From NCBI RefSeq assembly GCF_033153115.1, contig NW_026889774.1, forward strand, positions 21,576,001-21,640,000: DNA of 64,000 nucleotides, given 5' to 3'. A program made the translations under genes and the position numbers. Shown here one piece after another: positions 14,501 to 25,887 of the stretch; position 1 is the stretch's first letter, and every line of letters starts with the position of its first letter. This stretch comes from Saccostrea echinata. Lineage: Eukaryota. Below the pieces are notes generated by a model. The model did no database searches and had not been told where the DNA came from. It saw only the letters and a program-made list of their open reading frames with translations.

Positions 14501-17366
14501 GGACAGAAATTTTATACGGATAAAACTACAGGTTTTATTCTCAAAACTGTGTTGCTTAAAAAGCTTGTGTGTTGTGTTATTTTGGAGTCTTATAAAGAAA
14601 TAGGTGAAAAAGCCTATGATACCTGACAAAAGAGGTATCAATGACAAATTTATTTAAACAAAAGCAAGAACTAGCACTTTAATAAAGTTGAATGTGAATT
14701 GAATGTCAAGTTTGTGGTAAAACAATCCAAAAATAATTATTGGTCAGAAATTGTACATTCAAAACAAAAATAAGTAATCCACAGATTTTAAAGGTGTTCC
14801 GAAAATGGAATTAATTGGCAACACTTCTTTCTGTCTGTCTTCACTTATTACTTTATTAGTTAAATCAAAATTTCCATGGAAATTTAAAGAATTATTGTCT
14901 GTTTTCATTTTAAAAAAACTGCTTATAATGGGAAAAAACTTTCTAGTAACGCTTTCTTTACTTTTGTATTTGAAGTACTAGTTTGGCAATTCTAGACATA
15001 TGAGATTTCGTATTTGTAGTGTGTCATTTGTAGACATACGAGATTTCGTATTTGAGGTGTGGCATTTGTAGAAATATGATATTCCGTATTTGAAGTGTGG
15101 CATTTGTAGACAGAAGAGAATTGCTATTTTCAGATTTATATGATGCGTTTTTGGCTCCAAATTTACAAGAATCCTTATTTGTTGAAACTTGGCAAAATGG
15201 ACCCAAAGCGGACGAATTACCTTCAAATTGTTCTCTCAAGTTTCAGGTATCTGAAACATCCAGTGTAGACGGCATTCTTTACTAGCAAAACCTTTGTTGC
15301 ATGTCTAGTTACACCTTGATGATATACTCATTTTTAATAGTTTTCTTCTTCATAACTCACCTTTAATCACGTATTTTGGATTTGAAGACATTTTTACCTA
15401 CTAAGTTTATTTTTTGCTTTTAGAGAATTTGCTTGCATTGCATGATTTATTGCTATTTGAAAGCATATATTATTATGTTGTGTATTTATTAGCTGCTGAG
15501 ATTTTAAACGATTTAACTGTCTAAACTCTAAGAACATTTAATAATATTAAGGCAATATTTAGAATTATCTACTTAGAATTACCGTTTCGCTATCAGTTGA
15601 CCAGTTGACCCTTTTTTCTACTTATGTCTATTGAAATGTTATCAGTGAATATTGCAGCTCAGATCAAACACAGGGGTCAGGAAAAAGAGAGGGGGAAGGG
15701 GGAGGTATAGACTTCCCAATTCTGTATTTATTAAGTGTCTAAAAATATTTGATATGTTTAACCCCCATCCATAACATAATGTTTGATTTTCACCAATTCT
15801 TTTTTATTTCCTTATTTAAAAAAAAATATACGTAGGATTTGATTGGATACTGATCTCCTCATAGAAATTCCTGGATCTATCTTCGTGATGTACATCATGA
15901 ATTTATGTTCTACATTTTTTTCCTTTTTTTTTTTTTTTTTTTTTTTTTTTTGGGGTCAGACTGCTTTGAAATTCGTTATAATGGTCAAACGCTTGTTCAC
16001 AATCTCTTTGTTTTAACTTTTTGATAGAATTTGTAATATTTCGAACGCGAAAAAACTATTGTTGACCCACTATGGCATCTTTAGTGGACTTCCGTGAATG
16101 ACCTGGAATGATTGAAATATGAAAATCACAACACCTGTAATCATTTCAGATCTGTACGATGCATGGATCAATGAAAGGATAAATCATGACTTGTTCGTAG
16201 AAACTTGGCAAAATGGCCGTGGTCCATTAGAGTCTAATTGCACGGAACGTTATAAGGTTACAGTGTATAATTGCTTGTTAATATGCTCTACAGAATGCAC
16301 TTATTTAATTTCTTTATGCTTTATTAACACTATACTAACATCTGAAAAATACGCACATCTCTGTAAATATAATTATTATATTACTTTTATATTAATTTCA
16401 TATTTTGCTTTGCATGTCTTTCTTCTGTCATTTTTAATTTATGATATGTAACAAAATTCTTGTATACAACATTTTTGCTTGTTTTGTCATTAGATACTTG
16501 AATGACAGTTTTACGTTGAAAAAGACGTGTATTTTCCTCTTTGTAGGTTTACAACATTCAAAAGATCCGATTTCCAAACGGAGATTTTAAAGAGACCAAA
16601 GATCATTCTAAGTGGGCGGTGTCCAGGACTGGTTCCTGGATTTGTATTGGAGACATTAACAGACAGGTAGATATTGAAAATTTGAATTGGTGACCAAATG
16701 AAAAAAATAGACTAAAGAAAAATATTTATTTACCCCCAGGGATTGTCTATGCTAAGAATTGAAGTTCAATTAGCTAATTTCTCTTTTCAAATGCAATAAC
16801 AATTTCGTATTATATCAATTTTGATGATTGTTCATTACGTTTTTTTCATATTAATATTAAACTTTTCCAACTGTACCTTGAGATTGTCATGGACAAACTT
16901 TCAAATGAAAGATCACCAGTAGATAATACATGTATATTTGAAAAGGAAGAGTTAGCTCTCCCAATATGCTATTCAGTCGTAATGGGGGACCCTTTTCTTG
17001 TTTTTGTTTTGTTTTTTTTTTTTTTTTGTTGTTTTTTTGTTTTTTTTTTTTTTACTTTTTCTGTATTTAATCAACTATTTTACTAACCGGGGTGTGTTTC
17101 TTTATTTGTTTTAAATTCAAGTGGCTACTTCCAATACTTTTAAAGGGAATCTGATACTATTGTTACAGAAAATATTTTGATTCAGGTTTTCTGTGCCACA
17201 GAAACTAAACCTTTTTTTTATTAATCAGTAATAATTTTTTTTTTCCTAACAGCTTACACAGTTTCATCGTGGCGGAAGTACCACGTGTATGTCTGACCCT
17301 CACACATGGAAGCAGTACACAAACATCATTCGAGACATCGAGACCTGTGGACCAATATTTGGATAA
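10975..17366 (+). CDS. DNASE2: DNase II / plancitoxin-like gene 1 (354 aa with exon 6a, 352 aa with exon 6b)
   Basis: Exons 10975-11069, 12488-12662, 13326-13407, 13511-13672, 14068-14271, 15134-15246 (6a) or 16150-16256 (6b), 16547-16666, 17253-17366; all GT-AG and frame-consistent. Signal peptide plus PVDWF..YKLP, YNDQPP, GHTKG, GFWL, YGQ, FAK, DLY, DHSKW, CIGDINR, RGGS motifs. Confidence 0.95.
14997..15110. repeat. 38-bp minisatellite, 3 copies
   Basis: Units 14997-15034, 15035-15072 and 15073-15110 (catatgagatttcgtatttg..gtgtggcatttgtaga). Confidence 0.9.
15134..15246 (+). CDS. Gene 1 alternative exon 6a
   Basis: ttttcag acceptor, DLYDAFLAPNLQESLFVETWQNGPKADELPSNCSLKFQ, gtatct donor; 113 nt, phase 1 to 0. 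Confidence 0.85.
16150..16256 (+). CDS. Gene 1 alternative exon 6b
   Basis: catttcag acceptor, DLYDAWINERINHDLFVETWQNGRGPLESNCTERYK, gttaca donor; 107 nt, phase 1 to 0. Confidence 0.85.
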
Positions 17367-18446
17367 ACCTGACACATCAATTTTGAAAATCTGTCTTATT
17401 ATTTCTGTATAAAAAGTTTATCTTCTTTATGTATATGTCATTTTTATTAAGAAATGGAAGTTAAGTTGTTTTTCATTTTGTATATATGACAATCATTCGC
17501 AAAAAATCCCTTCATTTTATACCTGAAATCTTAAAGTGCTAATTCAGGGAATTGAAATTGAAGATCTGTAGTCATAAACCAAAAAACTCCGTATGTTGCA
17601 TTAATACATGAAAACATCTGGCATTATTTTTATTTAAAAATCATGTATCTTTCCATGTATCTTTATATGTTTTGTTATTGTATACAGTTTATAATAAATA
17701 ATCAAAGAATAAATTCATTATTCGCGGTTGTTTCACAAATGTAATTAGTGCTTCGGTTATGTCTCTAGCCATTCGCGTTAATAAGAAATATACGCTATAT
17801 AAACGCCGATTTTTTATGTGAAACAAAATGATTAAATGGTTTGAGAAACATGATGTATAGTGAAAAAAAAATACTTTGCACAAAGTTTTACTAAATAAGT
17901 AATTGTAATAACAAAACAATTAAGCAAGATCTACAATCAAAAATTCAGTTTTTTCATGAATATTGATGTATCAGTATCAGTCTGAAAGTAGCGACGGTGT
18001 CACGAGATGCATTTATTTAAAAAGAGGCATTACTTTCCTAGTAGGAAAATAAATAATTCTAATTTGACATCTTTATAACGCGTTCGTTTTCAATTGTGTA
18101 ATTTACAGTATTTTTCGTAACTTTAATTGGTAAACATAAATAAATTTCCAACTTTATTCTTAACTGACGCAAGTATTATAGTGTGTATAACTTTAAATCG
18201 GTGGTATATGCCCCCTCGTGGCAATATTTAAAAGGAAATATTTCCATTTCTATTTCTTTTCTCTGTGATAACTTTTTGAAAGTAAGTTGAGTTGATTTCT
18301 TGATCATTCTACCGGAATGTAAATTTTGCCAAGCGAAAGGTCAGGAGCTAAGAAGGCCTAATAGGCATGTAATTCTCGTGCGGCTGTCTTTGTGTGACGT
18401 CAGCGGGGACTATTGAAATTGACATGTGAGGCCTCATGTAATTTTA

Positions 18447-18995
18447 TGCCCTGTTCACACGGAGAGTTTAATTCGAATTAAACGTAAGTTACTGCGAATA
18501 AAATTTGAATCGCGTTCACACGGAGAATTTAATGCGAATTAGTTTAATTCGAATTAATTTACTGCGCATTAAATTACTTCGCATTAGCTCCGTGTGAACG
18601 CTAAGCGAAGCTAATTCGAATTAAATTTTGAGGCATGCGTAAGGGCAGCATTAAGTCACAGGCCACATGTCGATGGTCAGATATAGGTACTTGTGCTATT
18701 TTTGAGTGGAAAACAAAGGAAAATTATGATAATCACTAAAATGTGTACAGACACTGTGACATTATGTCAAATCAGTGGTCAAATGTATCTGCTCGGCACA
18801 ATGTGACGTGATTCGCAAAATGACGTCATAATAGTCTTACTGAATAGCCTTATTGTAGAAATAAAAATTTAATTCGCATTAGATTACTTTGCATTAGCTG
18901 TCGTGTGAACGCAATTTAATTCGCATTAGTTTCATTCGCATTAGTTTACTTCGCGTTAATTTACTGCGAATTAAACTCTCCGTGTAAACAGGGCA
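18447..18995. mobile_element. MITE with ~29-bp TIRs and AATTCGCATT-type subterminal repeats
   Basis: TGCCCTGTT(C/T)ACACGGAGAGTTTAATTCG inverted at both ends, TA on both flanks. Confidence 0.9.
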
Positions 18996-19129
18996 TAAAT
19001 CTATTAGTCTACATTTTTAAAATCTAAATTTACAATTTTATTTCACAGTGAAATGGAAATATAAGGAATCGGTGATTCCTTAAACAACCTTAAATTTAGA
19101 ATGTCTGTAATGGTATATATTAAAAACAT

Positions 19130-20010
19130 TCATCCACTAGTCAAGGGTAAAGATAAGCTTGATCTCTATCACACCTCAATATCATCAGGGGTAATGTACA
19201 TGTACTTCTTAGAGGGTACCAATGTACTAAAATTGATGTCTGTAAAACAATCGGTTCTCAAAATACTGAGCTCACAATGTCTTCCTATGTCTAGTGTCTT
19301 TGTCATTTGATCTCGACCTATGACTTTATTACAAAATCAACAGGGGTAACCAGTGTATCAAGTTTGATGTCGGTCAAGGACAGGGTTCTCAAGATATTAA
19401 GCAATTATTATCTTGCTATGTCTAGTTTAACTCTTGACCTTTGATCTTGTGACATAAAAATCAATAGGGGCCATAGATTTATATCATATGGGGAATCAGT
19501 GTACTTAATTTTATATCTTTCAAGCAAAGGGTTCTTAAGATAATGAGCGGTCAGTATCTTCTTATGTCCAGTTTGACCCTTGACCTTTACTTCCTGACCT
19601 CAAAATCTAGGAGTCATCTACTCCTTATAAGAAAGTTGTGTATTGTTTGATGTCTTTCAAGCAAATGATTGTCAAGATATTGAACAGTCAATGTATTCCG
19701 ATGTCCAGTTTGACCTTTTGACCTCAAAATCTACAATGTTATCTCACTGGAAACCAGGGTACTAAGTTTGATGTTTGTCTAGCAAATGCTTCTCAAGATA
19801 TTAAACGGACAAGTTTTTCTATGTCTAGAGAATTTTGACCTTTGACCTTATGACCTCAAAATCGATAGGGGCCATCTGCATCTCAGGGGTTACCAGTATA
19901 CCAAGTTTAATATCTCTCAAGCAAAGGGTTTCCTAGATATTGAGCGGAGAACACTTGGTCTACATACCGACGTACCAACCGACAGCTGCAAAGCAATATG
20001 CCTTTTTTCA
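19130..20010. repeat. Degenerate Helentron-type non-autonomous element with TGACCTTTGACC tandem units
   Basis: Repeated ttgacctttgacctcaaaatc...aagtttgatgtc..caagcaaagggttctcaagatattgagc units, ending in a (GACN)-like tract. Confidence 0.6.
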
Positions 20011-20405
20011 GGGTGGATGGGTGAAAAAACTTATTTCTTAAGTAAACTTAATAGGTAAGTTAACACAAAGAACCAGTTGAAAACACTACTTTTGTCTCCT
20101 GAGTTGAAAACATTTGAAAAGTCAAATATAAAAAAAAAAACATTGCCTTACTTGTAAATTCAAGAAAAGATAATAAAATGCTAATACGTACATGCATATT
20201 CATGCTGAGAACAGGGATTTACCTTTGAATCATTTACTATAACCCTCGTTAACAGTGAAAACAACACATTGCCCTTAATTTTGTATTTAGAATATGAACA
20301 ATCAGGGAAAACACCCAAGGGGTGGGGGGTCCAAACACTATGTTTTTACTGTGCGCTCACTTCATTTGACCCATTGCTTCAATTCTATTTGTCTTGTTAA
20401 GAATG

Positions 20406-20606
20406 ATTGATTGATTGATTGTATTTTGTTTAACGTCCCTCTCGAGAATTTTTCACTCATATGGAGACGCCACCACGTGCCGGTGGAGAGCTGCAAATTT
20501 TGTCCTATACTCGGCACTTACGGCCATTGAGCAGTGAGGGATCTTTTTCGTGCAAGCACCTACTGTGATACGGGACCTCGGTTTATACGGTCTCATCCGA
20601 AGGACC
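20406..20606 (-). mobile_element. 5'-truncated tRNA-SINE
   Basis: SINE body and (TCAA)n tail; 11-bp TSD TGTTAAGAATG at 20395-20405 and 20607-20617. Confidence 0.9.
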
Positions 20607-21014
20607 TGTTAAGAATGTAATATGTTCTAAATTTTGTTTGTGTGTCTTAATTCTTTTTTAAAGTATTGCTGCAGATGTTCGGACCCCCCCCCCCCCTTTA
20701 AAATTCTCATTCGTATGCTAATTATGTTATTTTAGTTTGTTTATGAATTAAAATCAATTGTAATTAAGTGCGATTATTAATTTTGAAATTATTTTTTGAA
20801 CGAAGCTGTTGTGTTTAGAGTTCCTGATTTTCGATGGCTTATTTGCATGCGGTGTGAAGTGTCTTTTTTTCCGGCTCATCGTCAAGTTTCCTTTTTTTTC
20901 TGTGAAGATTAGTTAAATTATGCAACATTTTTTTTAATTTTCATGCAACCTCATTACATTTGATCGCCAGCTTATATTCTATTTGAAGAACATCGACTTG
21001 ATCTTCACTTAACA

Positions 21015-23911
21015 ATGCTTCTCCTATTTGGATTTACGTCATGGACTTTGTGGATGACGTTTTTGGTTACAGCCCATGGAGAGGGGTACACTAATGGAAT
21101 AACTTGCCAGGGTATTGACCGCTAACCTGTGGACTGGTATATATAACTTCTTACATATTTTCTTAAGTGTCTTTCCTAAAGAATATTCCTAAACTTTAAA
21201 AATTTTATATACGAGATGATAACTTTTGAAATTACCTTAATGCATTGGAAAGGTGACTTTCAGTATCCTTATTTGAAAATAATTTTTCATCAAAATGCTA
21301 TTCCTCATACATTTTCCTCGGATTTCATTAAAAGTAATCCACCTCAAGTCAAGAAAGATAAGAAACATTACTAGTTTTGGAACTTTTTAAATAGTGTTTT
21401 TGTTGCAAGTATCGGATATAGGCTCAGACCAGTAGAGCTTCAGTCTCATCAGAGAATTCCTTTTTTTTCTTTCCTAATTTTGAAAATAGACATTTAAGTT
21501 AATTTCAGTTTTAACCTACTGTGAACACAGACCAAATTATATGTTTGGTAGACAATGAATACTACATGTACTTGTATTTCGTTTCATAATATTTGATTAT
21601 AATGTTGGGTCCTGGCCGTTTTAGGTTTATTGTTTACAAAACTCCCCAGGATCCCCAAGACAAAAACAAGATGATATCTGAGGGCGTGGCCTTCTATTAT
21701 ATGGACTCCCATCGACCTGTAATGACCCTTTCTCCCACCCCGATAGACAAGGATGGACATGCCCTTTACAACACACTCCAACAGATCTATCTGAATGTAT
21801 GCAATCTTTCTTATCTCTTAAAAGCATATTGTCTCTAAAAATGCTCGTTTTTATTACATTCTTTATAAACACTTTTTTAAAAAAGTTTTTTAAATCATAG
21901 TGGCAGATTGAAACTTCGATAAAGTAGAAAAATGAAATGTGCTCTAGATTGAATAGCCATGACAATATGTACGCGTAAAATGCAAGAACAATTGGTCCTT
22001 ATCTTTAAGTAAGTATAAATGGGCTTCCAGGTAAAATTATATTATCCACTCTTGTAAAACTACCATCTCTAGTATATTTTTAGTTTCTTTCTTCAGTACT
22101 TCATGTTGGAATATGGCATGTATAATGACGAACCACCGAGGAGTTCCAACAAAACTTGGAAAGAGAAAAATGAGTTTGGTCAAACCAAAGGTAAACATAT
22201 GCCATACAAGATGAAGCTTTTGTCTTTCTTTTTGCGGTTCGAATGGGACGTTAAACAGCATACAATCAATCAAACAATGTTTTTGCTGTTTTTTTTAAAC
22301 ATATCTGAAATAGTTGTGAAAATCTAAGATGAAATCAACTATCCATTATAGGTGTATATGCATTTGATAAGCAGACAGGATTTTGGTTGATCTCCAGTAT
22401 TCCCGGGTTTCCCCCACACAAAAATAAGGGATATGCATTTAACAAAGAAGCGCAGCGGAACGGTCACATGCTTGTCTGTGTCACTTTAAATACTCAGGAG
22501 CTGGTGAACGTCTGTGAGTAATTTTATTCTGTGATTTAAGTCTTGGCATTGTTCTCCTTATTCTAAGGGACACCCTATTGAAAAAAAATTTTTTTTTTTG
22601 TTGATATTATAAGACTGTCGACATATTTTGCAGATAAAATATTCAAAATAATAAGACCTCAAATTCACGATGCAAAAAGACATGAAGCGCGAATGCCACC
22701 ACTTCAACCCTCAAACAAGTCTTTGGTATTACGCATATATACCCACGAAAACATGGAACTGAAGTGTTTAGCCAAAGGCTCATTATATGAGAAAGGTTAG
22801 AAAATTTAAAAAAAAAAAACTATTCAGAATTTCCTTATCACGCGTTAGATAATCAGGAAGTAATGACAGATGGATAATAGTGCGTTTAATAGATTTGTTC
22901 TGATAATTTTGTGGGGGGGGGGGGGTTCTAGACCTGTATGATTCTTTGGTTGCTCCGAGACTATCAAACAGTGTCTTGGTCCAGTCCTTTCAGACAGACT
23001 CTGGGATCCCATCTTCCTGCTCTTCAGAGTATAAGGTTGATTCAATCTTACATGATCTTTGTGTGTGTGTTTGTGTGTTTTGTATGTTTGTGACTCTGTG
23101 TGTGTTCCACGTGTATGCACTCATTAATTGTATTTACATGAACAAAATATACAACTTTTGGTGATATACTTGCATTACATGAATTATTTCAGTTCTAAAA
23201 ATATGAATATTCTGACAACCACATCTTATCCCCAAAAAAGGAGTGGGGGAGGGATGAAATTCCCTACTTAATTTCCCTAGCTATAATTTCGTTGGTTAGA
23301 GAGAATACAAGTAATGCAATTTTGTTTTCGGTTCCTATTTAAATGACTAGAACTAAACCATAAACATTAGAAGAAGAAATTTTTGATCGTATTTGTTCAT
23401 ATAATACAGTTTTCCTAATTACATGTACTTGAATATAGTTTCTGAATTATCTTTATTGTGTACGTATGAATAGGTGATGAATGTATCCAAAATAAAGTTC
23501 CCGGATACCAGTATCTACTTGTCTGGTAAAAGAGATCACGCCAAGTGGGCAGTGTCCGAGAAGTTGAGGAGATGGGTGTGTGTTGGAGACCTTGACTGAG
23601 TGGTAAACAAGTTCTCTCTTCATTCTCTTTACGAATATAGTTTCAAAAATCCAAGATATAGCAGTGGGAAGTCTGAAATAGTTATTGTAGATCAAAGAAA
23701 GGGAATACCTATTTCATATCCTCTTCTTCGTTTGATTTCGTTTTATTTTTATTTTCTCGGTAAGTTTTTTTTTAAATATACTCTGAAATATACGTTCTTT
23801 TCTGATTTATAGACTTCAGCCCTCAAGAGAGGGGGAGGAGCGTTGTGTATGGTCAACTACACGGCTTGGAAGGCGTTTCATAGCATCATAAACTCTGCTG
23901 ACAAATGTTAA
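21015..23911 (+). pseudogene. DNase II-like gene 2, nonsense-disrupted paralog of gene 5
   Basis: Exons 21015-21136, 21625-21796, 22097-22190, 22352-22513, 22634-22795, 22932-23035, 23474-23602, 23813-23911. In-frame TAA at 21123-21125 (CAA in gene 5) and TGA at 23597-23599 (CGA in gene 5). Confidence 0.9.
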
Positions 23912-24299
23912 CTTGAAATCACTGTGTTATGTTTCAGCTTCTTTCGATGAAAAAAATACGATATGTTTTTATATATGTATTTTTATGTCTGTTAATGTTT
24001 TTATAACGTTTCCATGCAAGACATGGATTTGAATTACTATTTGATCTTCATGATTATCTGCAGAGCTTATATTGCTGGTATTTCTAGTATATCGGATCGG
24101 AGGAAAATGCTTTCAATTCTGAATAAATTGGTTTCAAAGGACACCGCTGTTGTGATAGTTCATTATAACCCTAACTGTATTTTTTTTTCCTTTTCAAATG
24201 ACAAGTTCCAAGGCTCTATGTTTTACATTCTTACACTATATGACATTTTCCTGATTTAAGATTCCTCAGTTTTCAACTTATCGTGCTTTATCTTCCAAA

Positions 24300-24945
24300 A
24301 CGAATATGCTGCTATATGTATGCTGAGAGATACTGTAAAACATTAAAAAATGTATACTGCTATGTGTTCCAAAAATAGCATACTGCATTCTGGTCCAAAA
24401 AAGCATACTGCTTGTGTTCAAAAATAGCATATTACTATGCATTCAAAAAAGTATACTGCTATTTGTACAAAAATTGCACAATGCTAAATGTTCCAAAATT
24501 GGCAAACTGCCAAATGTTCCAAAAGTAGCATACTGCAATCCATTCAATAAATAGTATTCTGCTACATGTTTGAAAATAGTCCATGCTAAAAACAGCACGC
24601 TGCTCTTAAAAAATATATTTTACTAGCTCATTTTTACTGAATATTTTGATTGTCGCGTGAATCGCGGTAATCAAAATAAAAAAGAAGTTAGTGAGGGTCT
24701 GTTTTAATCAGACATGCGTTAAAAACAGTATACTGTTACATGTACGAACTAGTACACTACTATATTTTCCCATCGTAGCTTTGTGCTCAAAAAAAAGCAT
24801 AATGCTATACGTTCAAAAAAAGCATACTTCTATGTGTCCAAAAAAGCAAACTGCTTTATGTTCTAACAGCAGCATAATGCTATATGTTACAAAAAGTATA
24901 TTGATTTATGTTCGAAAAGTAGCACACTGCTATATGTTCCATTTT
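24300..24945. repeat. Degenerate minisatellite (AAAATAGCATACTGCTATATGTTCC-like), copy 1
   Basis: About 20 diverged units; paralogous array at 50800-51475. Confidence 0.8.
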
Positions 24946-25887
24946 CAAGTTTTCCATTACATATCAAAACAAAAATATTTGTTTTAGTCTACACTTTCTT
25001 TATAGCAAATAGATAAATACTAGTATTATGTATGATTATAACAAGAGAAACGAGAATATCAAATATAAGTCATAATTATTTACTTATTCCAATACAAGTT
25101 TTCGAATATGAGTATGAACTTTTCAAATATAAATCACAAGATTTGGAATATGAATCACGAGTTTGCGAATATAAATAACGACTTTTCGAATATAAATCAC
25201 GTTTTTTTTTTATTTTGCACAATAATCAAACGATCTGTGAAGAATCCTACATTTTTACACAAAATGACCAGCAGTTCTGTCATTTGGGTGTTTTAAAGAT
25301 GCTTATACATATTTTCATTTGGAAAAAATTCTATAAATTCCTGCTAGAAATTAATTACTATAAATCGAAAGCACAATTTTGTGATTTTGTCAGACTGGAA
25401 AATTAAATCCCTTCAGTTAAACATTACTTTGAAATTTTCAAAATATTTCATTATTGAATGAACTTTCTTAACACCCCTTAGGTTAGTAGCTTGTATTATA
25501 ATATGCTAGTAATACGATAGAGGAAATATTCGAAAGGTTTAAAAACACTCCAAAAACAGGTGAAGCTCTGGACGCCAAACAAAGTCACGACTATAGACGA
25601 TACAAATAAATATGAATGAATTGTCCCTCCCTACGGTAAATAGCATGTGGTTCAAGTGGTTTTGTTTATATTAGCTTTTAGGAATTTTCTTCCTCTTCGT
25701 ATAGAGTTCCTCTTTTTATCAATGAGTCAGACAAAATACGTTATCAGACATCATTAACATAAACTTCCGCAATGTGATTCAATGTCTTCCTATAAAGAAA
25801 CAGCGTACGATTTCGTTCGAGTTTGAACCCCCTAAAGTAACTATACAATAGAGAAAAGGTACATTTTGACGAAGATTCTTTCTGGCG

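Noticed and set aside
16150-16256. Exon 6b as the remnant of a separate seventh gene
   Set aside because: No other duplicated exons lie between 6a and 7, and there is only one set of exons 1-5 and 7-8. Internal exon duplication is simpler.
23597-23599. Selenocysteine or read-through recoding of the TGA in gene 2
   Set aside because: It aligns to Arg (CGA, a CpG transition), not Cys, and the gene also has an upstream TAA.
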